Made by a program: the position numbers and the translations under genes. Below are positions 23,237 through 37,800 of a DNA stretch of 64,000 nt, in pieces. Every line of letters begins with the position of its first letter. Within the stretch, counting starts at the first letter, position 1. Under the pieces are notes generated by a model that was not told the DNA's origin, did not search any database, and saw only the letters and a list, made by a program, of their open reading frames with translations. The stretch comes from Antedon mediterranea (Eukaryota > Animalia > Echinodermata): contig NC_092672.1 in assembly GCF_964355755.1 (NCBI RefSeq), forward strand, positions 930,001 to 994,000. The letters are read 5' to 3'.

Positions 23237-24988
23237 TTGAAAAACGGTTTGCAATTACAGGGACTGATTTTCATTGATATTTAAAATGGGTTTGGTTTGG
23301 CTTCTAGAATTTTCCCATTTCTTTGTTTAAATCAATTTTTATTTGTTAATATCATTTTAAAATTTTATATCTACAAAGAAAAAAAATTGTCATTGTCATA
23401 ATTAGATACTTCACACCAATTATACATATAATAGTACATTTGTTCACACATCAAAACATTTAAAACATACTCATCTCGCTTGGGTGGGGCTAGGTGGGGC
23501 TAGTGCCTTTGGTATCGCCTCTGACACTTGCCAGTATTGTATCGCTATTGTTGTGTTCTCTTATAATACCCAATGTTTTATTATAATTCCTTGTCAAATT
23601 GCCCAAGGAAGAGGACGCCATATTTCTTAGAGCTGGACTTCGTTTTATATAGCACTGTACTATAGGCCCTATAGTTTTCCACAAGAACATAGCCAATATT
23701 AAATCTCGGCCGATACTAACAGGATGGGTGTCCATCTTTCTAAAAGGTTAGAGTTTAAAAAATATGTAAAGTTATTAAACTGCGAAATTTTTACAAATAC
23801 ATAATGACACTATATGACATTATATAGTTTTTTCCTTATTATATTTTTTTTGTCGTCAATATTTTATATTTATTAGTTTTCTTGTCATGTCGACAACTGT
23901 TCAGGTGGTCAATGCTTAAAGTAATTTTTACTTATTTTGATCTCCTTTCACAAATTGTGTTTTTTTTTCTTATAGTTCATATTTCTGTTCCTTTTGTTCA
24001 ATGTGTGGAAAATAAACAAAACAAACAAACAAACAAACACACAATAGTTAGAATATTACCAACATTAAATATTCCTTTATCAGCGTGTTCTGAATTAACA
24101 TCTTTGTGTAGAATGTGCTAATGGGGCCTATATGTAAGTAGTACAGTAAGACCTCACCCCTCCCCTCTCCCCTGTTAAGACCCCCTATTAAACACCTCGT
24201 TGAACTAATGAGGGGAGGGTTTAGCTTTTAATACTACGGTCAATTCCTATCAAGCGCATACCTCCTATTAAGGCAGATGTTGGGTCCCAAACACACCCTC
24301 TCATTTTGTTCTACTTTATTCTATTTGTTTACACCAGTTGGACAACAAAAACCTCTTTTCATTATCTTCCCACACTTTTAACTTATACGGTAAATATTTA
24401 CACTTCTATTTATACTTATACTTCTACTTAACATCGGGACGACGTGACAATAAGCGATTCCTGTTAGGCCTATTCTTTTAAATCGCTTTCATATTTGTAT
24501 CTAAATTGAATTGAAACAACCTCTAACAACCCACAATAATAAGCCTTTATTTATACAGAAACGCTTTCACCCCATCAAATCCAAAGCAGTGGGGGGTATA
24601 CCTAGCATTCGAAACAAGGACACGCTGCCAGTTTAAATTATATTGTATATTTTATGAGTTTGAAATTCTTAACAAATAACCCCAGCAAAGTTTATCATAT
24701 CTCAATATCTTGGTAAACATATGATATTGACAATATGATTATTGCAAGGTACAGTAGTATGTTGTGGGCGGCCACCACCTGGATCTGGATGAATACTGAC
24801 GAAGGACCACATGGGTATATGCGCCAGGGGGTGCGTCTCTCGGTGTGCAAACATCATACTGAATTTGTTTTATAATTTTTTTTTTAACAAATTCAGTTCA
24901 CCTACACAGCTTCTAAAGACGTACACATTGACAAGTTAATTGGTTCCAACTCATGAGAATGATCACTGTGTCGTGATTGGTCACATTA

Positions 24989-25112
24989 AGCCGATTTTCC
25001 ACTTGGCAAATTTGTTCGCGCGAATCGAAAGCGTCAACTTATACGCATGCGTATTCATGTTTCCATCTTCCATATCTCTGTCTGCACATGCGTATAAGCT
25101 GAAAAATCGGCT
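24989..25112. mobile_element. Short deletion derivative of the 17079 MITE
   Basis: AGCCGATTTTCCACTTGGC ... GAAAAATCGGCT; TTA TSD. Confidence 0.72.
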
Positions 25113-25345
25113 TTAAGGCCAACTCAGCATCGTACGACGAGGCCTGACGAAACGTCTTGACTCGTCGGTGCTGTTTGAGTTGAATCCAGACGAGACGAGT
25201 TGTCTTGAGATAGCCGTCGGGCGTAGTTTTAAGGTCGTCGGGAGAATTTTAAACATGTTTAATTTTCTCCCGACGAGGCAAATCGTCTTACGAAGCAATC
25301 TGGTGTCCTTGCGAGGCGTTCGAATGGGAATTTGCAGTTACGCTA

Positions 25346-25471
25346 AGCTCTGTCTACACTATCAAACTAGTTTAACAAAAAGGTGCCCAAATATGATAGT
25401 GATATGATCATCATGTCCACATACGGACACATCACATTTGTCACGTAAAGTTTGATAGTGTGGACAGAGCT
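25346..25471. mobile_element. PIF/Harbinger MITE family A
   Basis: Same TIRs and internal sequence. Confidence 0.78.
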
Positions 25472-25808
25472 TAACAACAGAGGAAATATTATTCTATCCA
25501 AAGTTAAAAGTGATAGCATAATCCAAGGTAGGCCTAGCCATCAATGAATTAATACTGGAACAACGTTTTATTCACAATTTACAATTTCAATTATTACAAT
25601 TTACAATTGTACACACAACAGTACACCTAAAAGAAGTGAGTGCTTGTCAGTTTGGTGACTATTATTTAAATGCATCTACTACATGTAGGCCTATACATAC
25701 AGATATTGATTTAAGTGGTTATCTTTATACCAGTACCTTTTGTTTTATTAATTCATTTTAAGTAATTTCATTTTCACTTATTATGTCAACAGATCAGACG
25801 AATACATA

Positions 25809-28800
25809 ATGTACAGTCCAAAGATAAAAAAGAAAGACCTGATTACGTTCGATTCTGCTCAGCTGATTAAAGCAAAAAAGTATGGAAGTCCCAAAACAAA
25901 CATCACCACTGCGCAAATGCAAAAGCCACCTACAGGATCCAAAGTTAACTCCAATTGTAGAATCAAAACCAACCAAAGATTAACAGTGACTAGTCAAGCG
26001 TATCGACATAGTCCAAGTCCAAGACCAGTACCGGCACCACAGTTGATTATTGGCCAGTCAATGAAACGACGTGAACATCCATCGAAAACTACTAAAAACA
26101 TAATCATGATTGGAGAGTGTAACGTAAACCCAAGTAGTACTCCTAATGATATTAGGAATGACGAAGACAGTAAGAAATCACAAGGGCCAACGGTTGGGGA
26201 ATGTCCTGTCATGTCCAGATCGTCAACACAGCAAGGGCCAACGGTTGGGGGATGTCCTGTCATGTCCAAATCGTCTTCACAGCATCAGAAGTTTGTAAAG
26301 ATACAGAATTTTTCATCTGGAAAGCAATACATCGATACCTTACACCAAAAAAGAGAGGTTGGTTGTTTTCCTAATATTCAAATTTGACTCACTAACATGC
26401 TCATTACATATTTCTATATGGAAATGGAATACATAATATTCCATGTTGTGAATACTCTCAACTTTAAGGTTGGTTCCCACTGGACGCAACGCAAGGACGT
26501 ACGCGCAACGCAAGCGAGTTGACCAATCACAAGCGACAGTTTGAATAATCCTTCGCCTTGCGTTGTGCCTACATCATTGCGTTGCGTCCTAGTCAAGGGA
26601 ACCAAGCGTTAAAGGTATAAATATTGCAATACTGTTTTCTATCTTCATAATACTTGCATATGGTTGTTGACTTTGACTAAATGCGTGTAAAGTACGTTTA
26701 TTGTTGACTTAGTTTATGCATAATAACTATAATTGTAGTTTGGTATTTGACTGCTTATCGCATTCCTAGTTACAATACAATTAATACATGAAGATCTGAC
26801 CAAGACCCGTAGTGACTTTTTGCATCGTGTTTATACACACCAAAACGTTTCTAGATCCTGGTCATCGGGAGGACGAATTTATGCAACTTTTACCAACCGT
26901 GGGACTACAGTCACCGCGCTAATAAAATCGCTTGATCAACTTGGTTAATTTCTCAATATTACTCAGACTGACTACAAAAATAACTGTTTTCTTTTGTTGT
27001 TTTTTTGTTTTTTCCTTGTGAACAGTTATTGCCGCTAACCGCCATTTTATTATTTCATGCATCTTGAATAAATTAGTCGGTTCTTGTTGTTTACGTCCTT
27101 CTTGAACATTCAAACTGTATTAGCATATGTATGTCTTTTTTCAATTAAATTCCGTATTTTGCATATCTGTACCACCTTTTGATATTTGCATATCTTGTTT
27201 TCTTCCTTGAATATTTTAACTGTATTAGCATATTAGTGTATGTCTTTGTTCAATTGAATTCCGTATTTTGCATATCTGTACCACCTTTTGATATTTGCAT
27301 ATCTTGTTCTCTTCCTTGAATATTTAAACTGTATATGCATCTATGTATGTTCTTTGTTCAATTGAATTCTGTACTTGCATAATTTGTACCGATTTTTCTC
27401 TCCGCATATATTGATTTCACTTGATCAATTGTACACCTATTTGTTTTATATTTACTGCTGTCTAATATTGCATTTTGAATTTTGCCTCGTCTCTAAACAT
27501 GTCCTGAATCGATCTCGGCTGCTCTTTCATTTGCTAGTTTTTTATTTTATCAATGTTTAATATTCCGTCTAATTGTTCTGTGTCGTCTCGTCCTAAGCAT
27601 CCCTCCAGGGGCACGCATGATGATATTGTATTTAACCCCTTCTCGAACGCTGTAAATTTAAATTCTGAAAGAGATCCTGATAATCAATTTTACGCCAATA
27701 AAATTATTTCTAAATACTACCACTCTGATGATTTTATAAATGCCACTAAAAATATTGATAGAAACAACTGTCTATCAATGATACACTTTAACTCTAGAAG
27801 CTTACAACGTAACATTGATTCTATATGTACGTTTCTTAAATCCATTAATTTTACTTTTGATATCATTGCAAGTAGTGAAACATGGCTTGACACTGATAAT
27901 CCAGTTGTTCAAATTCCAAATTACGCTTTTGTTTCTAAAACAGATAACTTAAGCGCGGCGGTGGTGTTGGTATATATGTCCACGAACATCTTTCATTTAA
28001 AGTTCGACATGATGTCAGCATGCCTGAATCTGTTTGTGATTCTATCTTTATCTAAATTGAACAATCCTCACAATCTAATATTATTATCGGTTGTATTTAT
28101 AGAGCTGGTAGTTTTGATTTCAATTATTTTTCTGATTTGTTTGATGATATATTAATTAAATTAAATGGTGAAAAGAAATCTGTTTACTTACTTGGAGACT
28201 TTAATATCGATTCAATTCAATACCAGTATGATAATCGTGTTAATATGTTTATGAATTCTCTTTTTAGCAACTCATTTCTACCTCTTATTCACAGACCTAC
28301 TAGAATGACTGATACAACGGCAACCCTCTTAGATCATATGTTTTCATATCGAAATTCGTTTTGATATGAAAATCTAAGTGGAGCTTTCTTCTGCGATGCT
28401 ACCGATCATCTTCCTGTGTTTAATATCGTTTACACTCCAATTGATAAACAATATAATAATCATGAACTTCCACACTCTAGAAATTTCAGTCCCGAAAATA
28501 TTAACAAATTTAAATTAAAACTCTATTTAACGTCATGGGATCATGTTATTTCCAATAATGATCCGAATTCAGCTTACAACTTATTTGAAACATCTTTAAA
28601 TGACATTTATAATACCTGTTTTCCTTTTAAGTCCAATTTTAAAAAGAATGTAAGTATTCAGCCAAGTAGCATTCTTAAATCGATCAAGCACAAGCAAAAA
28701 CTTTATTCCAGATTTTTAAAAAACCCAACGTCAAAGAATGAAACGATGTTTAAACAATATCGTAATTTGCTCATTACTATAATTCGCTCTTCAAAATCTT

Positions 28801-31800
28801 AAGCTCTTCACCAAACATCAACACAATATTAAAAAAACTTGGTCTACAATACTTCTCCCAGCAAAAGCAACAATGTAAAACGTATTAATTGTAATGGCAC
28901 CTTAATTAATTTTGCGGTATGTTCTATGACGTGTGCTACCGTTGTGTGTAGCTTCAATAAATATTATCAATAAATATTATTATAATAGTTTATCCTACTA
29001 TAATTTCTTATTATGAAATAATTATGGAATTCTGAGAAAGACACAGCAATGAATAAAATACATTTCCATTGATACGTTATGTGTATTAGTTCCGAAAAGA
29101 ACTGTTGAGTTTCTCGACGTGTTGGTCAATATACAGTAGGCTACTTTGATCGTCCTCATACATTTCCGTTTTAATTTCCTATGTTTTTATATTATTTCTC
29201 TTCTACTATTTCGGTTGAAAATCGTTGATAATTAAATACAGTTATGATTTTGTCAACTGTGTTTAGCTTTCCTCAATGACATTTAACCCTTATTACTTTC
29301 TGTTGGTTGTATTGTACTTATACACGACTTCAACACTTTACATGTATTGTACTTATACACGACTTGAATACTTTACATGTATTGTACTTATACACGACTT
29401 TAAACTTTACATGTATTGTACTTATACACGACTTGAATACTTTACATGTATTGTACTTATACACGACTTTAACCTTTACATGTATTGTACTTATACACGA
29501 CTTGAATACTTTACATGTATTGTACTTATACACGACTTGAATACTTTACATGTATTGTACTTATACACGACTTTAAACTTTACATGTATTGTACTTATAC
29601 ACGACTTTAAACTTCACATTTTATTTTACTTTGGCTGTATTGTACTTTATTATTTATCTAAAGACGACTTTAATACTTGACATTTCTTTCTATGACGTTG
29701 CTTCTATTCTGTATGGGTACAATAAAAATAAATTGGTTTGTTGATTATAAATATGGTTTGTATAAAGTATACAAATTACAATTGCACAAAACATTGTATT
29801 CCTTAGATCGTAAAACCTTTAAAAGAAGCCAATGCACTTATATTTTAAGAATTCTCTTAAAGCCGATCTATCAGACAGGAGATAATAACAATTCAATAAA
29901 TTAACAATTTATTATGTAGAATTACTTATGATCAGACTGTGTCTCCATCTTATGATCAGACTGTGTCTCCATCTTATGATCAGACTGTGTCTCCATCTTA
30001 TGATCAGACTGTGTCTCCATCTTATGATCAGACTGTGTCTCCATCTTATGATCAGACTGTGTCTCCATCTTATGATCAGACTGTGTCTCCATCTTATGAT
30101 CAGACTGTGTCTCCATCTTATGATCAGACTGTGTCTCCATCTTATGATCAGACTGTGTCTCCATCTTATGATCAGACTGTGTCTCCATCTTATGATCAGA
30201 CTGTGTCTCCATCTTATGATCAGACTGTGTCTCCATCTTATGATCAGACTGTGTCTCCATCTTATGATCAGACTGTGTCTCCATCTTATGATCAGACTGT
30301 GTCTCCATCTTATGATCAGACTGTGTCTTCATCTTATGATCAGACTGTGTCTTCATCTTATGATCAGACTGTGTCTTCATCTTATGATCAGACTGTGTCT
30401 CCATCTTATGATCAGACTGTGTCTCCATCTTATGATCAGACTGTGTCTCCATCTTATGATCAGACTGTGTCTCCATCTTATGATCAGACTGTGTCTCCAT
30501 CTTATGATCAGACTGTGTCTCCATCTTATGATCAGACTGTGTCTCCATCTTATGATCAGACTGTGTCTCCATCTTATGATCAGACTGTGTCTCCATCTTA
30601 TGATCAGACTGTGTCTCCATCTTATGATCAGACTGTGTCTCCATCTTAGGAAACCAAATTTCAGAAATGAAGAAACTGTGGTTTGGTATCATCCAACAAT
30701 CTTTTAACCCGAATTGTTCTTTTATAATTCTATTCAGACAACTGTAACATGTTCGGAACAACGTTGCTTCGGCTCTATGATGTTTCCAGAAAAAGCTTCG
30801 ACAGATTCAAGACCAAAAGAAATAGTGTTGAGCCACGCTGTTGACTTTATCAATGAGTATTACGACCATATTAAAAAGTACGTTTTTACCATTGTACCAT
30901 GATCGCCACGCTTAAACTCAAATTGTGCTCCACTTTTTCGTTAAGTTCGTCTCTAAATAGATGTTATAAGCCCGTTTTGAAATTACAATTTACTTTTGCA
31001 CCCCATACACCCTTTCTACAACACAACAAATACAATTGTTTAATTGTCTTTCATAATAATTTGTTCTAACTGTATTGAAATGGAGTGAGAATCTGTTTGG
31101 GCTTTAGCCTATTCTCACTCCTGGTTATTTTTCATTGGTGACCGAATACATATTATTATTATTATAACCAACTTTCACGTTCTTTGGGCATCCTACAAAT
31201 TGGTACTTAAAATACTCATAAATAATTACGAACATTATTACAATTTTTAAGACGGTCAACCCCACTATATGAAGGTAGGATGAAGGAAGTACAGAAGAGC
31301 ATTGAAGCAACAGGAACGTACAAACTCACAGAAAAAGAACTAACATTTGGAGCTAAGATGGCTTGGAGAAACTCCGCCCGATGCATTGGCAGAATACAGT
31401 GGTCTAGATTACAGGTATACGACGTAATTTAATTTCTTACTAACGTTTTCATTTAAAGTGAAATTTGGAAAAAAATGATGGTAATGATGATGTTATTACT
31501 TCCTGTTTTTTGGCTCTTTATTATTTATGTTTAAATTGTTATTTTGTTTACCTTGAGAGAGAAAGAAATAAATGTTATTATGAATGAATAAATGGTCGAA
31601 TAATGTTGATTGTGATGTTGAGTATTGGTGTGACAATGTTGATAACATTTATAATGTTATAAATAATGCTCTTAACACATAAGTATTATGTAACTTGTTA
31701 TCATAATGTTGTATTGATAAGGTAAGGAGAGTGTAAATATTGATATGTTATCAATATAGGGTATTGTGCTATATACACCACACCTAGAAACCTATAATAT

Positions 31801-34800
31801 CAAAACAATTGATATTAATAGATGCCTTATATTATTATATAGAACATAATGCAAGTGTCTTACATTTTAAATAGCAAACAATATGGGTTTTACAATGGTC
31901 AAGAGATGCATAACAGCTTGGTTCTCACTAGCGACGCAACGTAACGCAATTTACGCAACGTAAAACGTGGTTACCACTAGCGACGCAACACAAGGACGTA
32001 ACGCAACGCAAGTGAATTGACCAATCACAAGCTATGGCTTATTCGCTTGTGATTGCTAACTGTCTATAACTTCGCTTGTCATTGGTTAAAACGCTTGCGT
32101 TGCGTTTACGTCCTTGCGTTACGTTCTAGTGGGAACCAAGCTTAAGAAAGTTCCCTTCCAATCATTGTCCCCGCCTGAGTGAAATCAAACCTACTATGTT
32201 TGGAGCACTATTGTTTCGTCGGTTCCCACTTACGCAATACAGCACTTGCGTCAATACGTCGTATCGTTACGTTGCGTCGCTTGTGGGAACCAAGCTTAAA
32301 TGGTAATGTCCAACCAAACCAAGTGAACACACACTTTGAACAACTTTGTTTACGGCTGTACTATGGTGACCATTCTCGAATATACCTTTGATCGACATAA
32401 AGTCAATTTGTTTGATAAGATATTCAAAATACAATGAAGTCTACAATCAAATCATCATTATTATCTCGTTAGTTTGGTTTAGTTTAAATATGGTTTGTTA
32501 GCTTCTGTGGGAGTATTTATCTATTTGTTTCGAGGGATAGTGCCCATCATGACTAATCAATGTTGTAGAGGTTTAATCCACTCCACGTCATTTTCATAAA
32601 TAGGAAATAAACAGACATATACTCATTTAAGCTTCCTTTCCACGTAACGACGTAATGTCAGCGTAACGCAAGTGAGTTGACCAATCACAGGCGACATGTC
32701 GAATGATTCTCGGGTCGTGATTGGTAAAATCATTTGCAGCGCGCTTATGTCCTTGTGTTGCTTGGAAACCAAGTTTTTAAAAAAATGACATGCTTTGTCT
32801 TTCTTCGTCATGTATTCAGATTTTGTAAATAGTCTATTGAAAAAAACATTTAACATTATTAAAAAGTTAATTCACTACAGTGTATTTTTTAATACTGTTT
32901 AAAATTTAAAATGTCAAAGGTCAACGCAAATGGTCACACCAATGCGTAAAGTCCACACTAAATAATAATCAACATTCAGAACGCTGTTATGAATACGTGT
33001 ACGTAATAACTATATTATATTTATTTTTGTAGGTGTTTGATGCCCGGAATGTAAGCACGGCTTCCGAGATGTTCCAAGCTATCTACTCACACATTGTGTA
33101 TGCAACCAATAAAGGAAATATAAGGTGTGTTTGATACACGCAGGCCTGTTTATACTTATATTTACCTATCTACCTTGTTCAAGCAGGGAAGAGTTCAACT
33201 ACATTTAACATAAATTGTAATTTAACTCTTCCCTGGTCCAAATACTTTCACTTGCACTGATGTGAAGGACTAGTGTTACTAACTGTTTAGGTTGTTTTAC
33301 TTTATGGTTTTGATTTACCTTTTCGCTTTTTTTTTGTATCTCCATTAAGATCCAGCCACTGATACCCACAGCATTTTAATTTTTTTCTGTAATTTACCTT
33401 TGGATTTATATATGTTCAAGTACATATTTTTACCTGGCAACGTTATGTATGCAAAGTACCGAGTAAAATATTAATCAAAACATGAAACACATTGTTTCAA
33501 AAGTTCTCTTAAACATGACAACATGGTAATGTAGACAATGGCAAACAAATACACATTCATTAAAGCATGGTGGAACAGATTATGTTAGAAAATAAGTGTT
33601 ATAAAATCCTGACGACGTAGCAATGTACGCGTAATGTACTGGTACTGCACGCCTTTCATTTGAACGTTCTCAGAACATGCAATGGATCTATCAAACTCAT
33701 ATTGGTTTCGTAATAATAGTTATAGATTATTCTAGTAATATCAACAAATTCAGCTAGACACTTATTGTGTGCAAGTTTATACAATTTGACTCAGCTGCTA
33801 ACGCAAGGCACACATATTACCACGTATCCATAGTGAATAATCCCGGGCTAACCGTAATTTTAATGCGTCTAAATAACAATTATGAAACTCTACCAAATCA
33901 TTATAAAAACACATACAAAGTGACAACATACTATTAACGTTAAAGAAACATACCTTTATATAGACGATTTTCCTGGATAGCCTAAAAAACTATTATTATT
34001 GTTTCCATTGAGGTGGTTATTTTATAATCTAAAATAAATAATCTAAAATAATCGAATATAGGCCTACTTTGCGTTTACACATAAATATAACAAAAATATA
34101 AATGTCAAAATAGGCCTAAGTGAATTAAAAAATGACTAGTTATTGTTTTAAAGTACTGAGTTGTGATTTAACCATTTTCTTAAATTACTCTTGCTTTTAA
34201 TTTGTTTAACATTCTGTTATGCATGAACATTTTTAAATATTCATAAAAAAAATGAACACGGATTTAATTTGCTTGTTTATTATGCATATTGCACGTAGAC
34301 TCAAGGAGTGTGAGATTACTCTGGTAGAACAACTATACTAGGTCCAAGGATTTATCCTTGGTGGCAAGTTTGTTCTAAAATACTTCACCGGCAAATATTC
34401 ATTTACAATTAATTAAACTTATCCCATCAATGATTTAATATTCTACATCATTCTGCTGACGAGAGAGAGAGAGAAAAAGAGTAGATAAATATAACATTTT
34501 TACGGTTATTTCCCTCCAGATCCACGATGACCGTGTTCCCGCCAAGGGCCAATGGAAAGGACTTCCGCGTTTGGAACAACCAGTTAATCAGTTACGCGGG
34601 GTACGCGCAACCGGACGGTTCCATTATTGGCGACCCGGCAAATGTGGAATTCACAGAGGTAAATATTACTTGATTGTGATTTGAATAGACCGCTTTGAAA
34701 GCTGTTGTAATCTATGCATTGTATAATTTATCCGGTATTTATATTTAAACAAAAACCGAGATATCCTCTTCTAGAGAACGTGATATGTCAAATCGACCAA

Positions 34801-37800
34801 TCAGCGCTTTAAGTTCGGTATAATAACAATTCCAACTGAACTGTATCACTTAAAATTCAAAATATTTCATTATGTTTTATGATGATCTCACCAGGTGTGT
34901 AGGAGTCTTGGTTGGAAAGGTGCTGGTGGCAACTTTGACGTCTTACCCCTTGTACTCTCCGCCAATGGAAAAGAACCAGAGATGTTTGACCTTCCACTGA
35001 GCGCAGTTCTACAGGTCGAATTTTCTCACCCTTCGTAAGTTATAAGCGGTATCAACACATATTATTAATAATAGTTTAATATGCCGTTGATGGTTGTGTC
35101 TCAGTCTGTAACGGTATTTTAATATGACAATTACAGGAAAGCAAATGTTTGGATGGAATATTAAAAACCACAAATTCATGTAAAAGGACCCTTAGGCCTA
35201 AGTGTTTCTATTATTATAGTAGGTCTATGGTGCTATAGATGACAATAAAGTAACATCAATTAATCATTGATGCGAATAGCTTGCGCGACGCATGGTGGGA
35301 AGGGTTTGGGAGCAAACGTCACGACGCGTACGTACGTGTCGTGACCCAAAGCCGTCCCATCATGCATTGTGCAATGACGTTCCTCGCGAAATCAATCTAT
35401 TTGCAATAAACCTTATAGATCAAGTATTTTTAATTGTAGTTTTGATTGGTTCGCTGCTCTTGGATTAAAATGGTACGCGCTACCGGCTGTTTCCTGCTTG
35501 CTATTGGACATAGGCGGGATCGAGTTTACCGGAGCACCTTTCAATGGATGGTATATGGTAACAGAAATTGGTGGAAGGGATCTCTGCGATCCACAGCGGT
35601 ATAATATGGCAAAGGTAAGAAAATTCCCTTCATGTTTTAATGCACACAAATAAATTTTCTGCATGGAAACGTTTGTATTCTTGCAATTTAAACTTTTGGT
35701 GCAGACGGATAAAGTGACGAATCTACAGAACTTCAAAATAAAATACATTTACTGTACTACCAAACATTTATCTAATTTTCAAAAATTTGCTAATGGACAT
35801 GCAGGACGTGTTACAGATTATTATCTCCTGAAAAAATAATTTTGAGTAAAAATGTCGATATGAAAGTTATTTATTACCCGACTAAACTAATGTAAAAAAA
35901 TAGTAAACCGGACGCCCATAGCTTAGAACATAATAACTTTTATGTTTTTAGGATTTATATTGTGATTTAATTTTTTTTTCTCCAGAAAATAGCACAAGGC
36001 ATGGGCTTGGACACCAACAGTTACGCGTCACTTTGGAAAGATCGTGCTCTCGTTGAAGCGAACCTAGCAGTTCTGCACAGCTTTCAGGTAACTAAACATT
36101 CTGTGTAGGACATGTACATATATAGATACATTTATACCCGTCTTATGTTAGTCCAGTCGGCGTTTCGATTTTTTTCTGGAAAAGAAAGAGCTCAATTAGT
36201 ATACGTATGAAACGCCATATATGCCAAAATGTTTATCTTTTTACTAATATTAAAGTAAAAACTTCGTCTAGAACACAGACTAAGATATAATATGTATGAA
36301 AGACAAGCGAAAAGAACACAATAGTATGTTGTGGTAAATAAATCATGCAGTTAAGGTTGAAATAAAGTGAAATCTCATTAATTTACTAGTTAACATTTCG
36401 TTCAATAGAAAGCTGGAGTCACAATTGCAGATCATCATTCTATGGCGGACTCTTTCCTAAAACACATGGACAACGAACAACGCTTACGCGGAGGCTGTCC
36501 TGCTGATTGGGTGTGGATTGTACCACCAATATCTGGAGGCATTACACCAGTGTTCCACCAGGAGATGCTTAACTATAAACTAAGACCTTCATTTGAGTAC
36601 CAGGTAGAGAACGTTCTTTAAAAAGAGTGGACAAAGTTTGATTAATAATTCTATAACATGTATAAACTGTTTCATTGTTTGAAGGTTTTTATGGCGAAAT
36701 CATGACTGTATTGATCGAAACGTCGAGAAACTCAACAGTTCCTATCTGAACAAAACATACGTGGAGTACCGTGGTATATCAACATTTTCTAACTACTTAA
36801 CGTTTTATAACGATCTTATTTTCTAAATGTAATACTTAATAGGCTGATGCTTGGAAAATCAACTCTGTAAGAAAGAAGGCTGAAGAAAGTCCAAAACACA
36901 AGATGAAAGGAATCACCTTCAAGAAAATCGCCAAGTACGAACTTTAATTTCTTAAAAATAAAAGGTTGACCAATTACACTGCTCTCCACAGGAGAGCAGG
37001 TATAAGTCGAATTGGCAAAACTTTTGATGAGTTCAATAAGTGAATTTTCTAAATGACGAATGACATTTTTTTTAGAATTTATCAAATTGGATGTTTATTT
37101 TTTTCAGCGCGGTTTCTCTTTCTACTGCAATGATGAACAACGCCATGGCTAAGCGTATAAAAGCGACGATTCTCTATGCCACAGAAACCGGAAAGTCTGA
37201 ATACTTTGCCGATAGACTTTATGAGGTTTACAAGTACGCTTTTAATCCAAGAGTAAGTATTTGGTAGATTCAATAATCGTGGAAATTGAGGGCCTATCCC
37301 AGCCCCTGTTTTTCATAGTTGACAAAACATTGTGATTGTAGAACTACACGACGCTCCACTCGGCTGTTATGCGCCAATCGATATGCGCGTTGCCGCGTGA
37401 AAACGAAAATTGACGTTCGATTGCATTTGCTGGCGCCAGACCGGAACCGTGCCGGAACGAACCGGTGTGAAAGACCCTTAATGCTCTTAATTAAAATGTT
37501 TAATTTCTGCTGACTGTTAAGCATGTACTGGAATTATTAACAATTTACTACACGTACCAATAAACATTTTAAGCCAGAACAGACGTGGCTATCTAGCTGG
37601 TCTCTCCGCCGGGAGACTATACAAAATACAATATTTAACTCTTTACCAGCATTTTATTAGCCTGGACGTGTCGATTATTATTTTATCTTTAGATAATGTG
37701 TATGGAGGAATATGATATTACTGATCTTGAAAATGAGAACCTGCTATTGATCGTCACAAGTACATTTGGCAATGGAAATCCTCCATCAAACGGCGAGGTA

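Noticed and set aside
29922-30761. Long ORFs (METQSDHK)n, (MIRLCLHL)n and (SPSYDQTV)n
   Set aside because: By-products of a stop-free 24-bp minisatellite inside a NOS-A intron; open in several frames on both strands.
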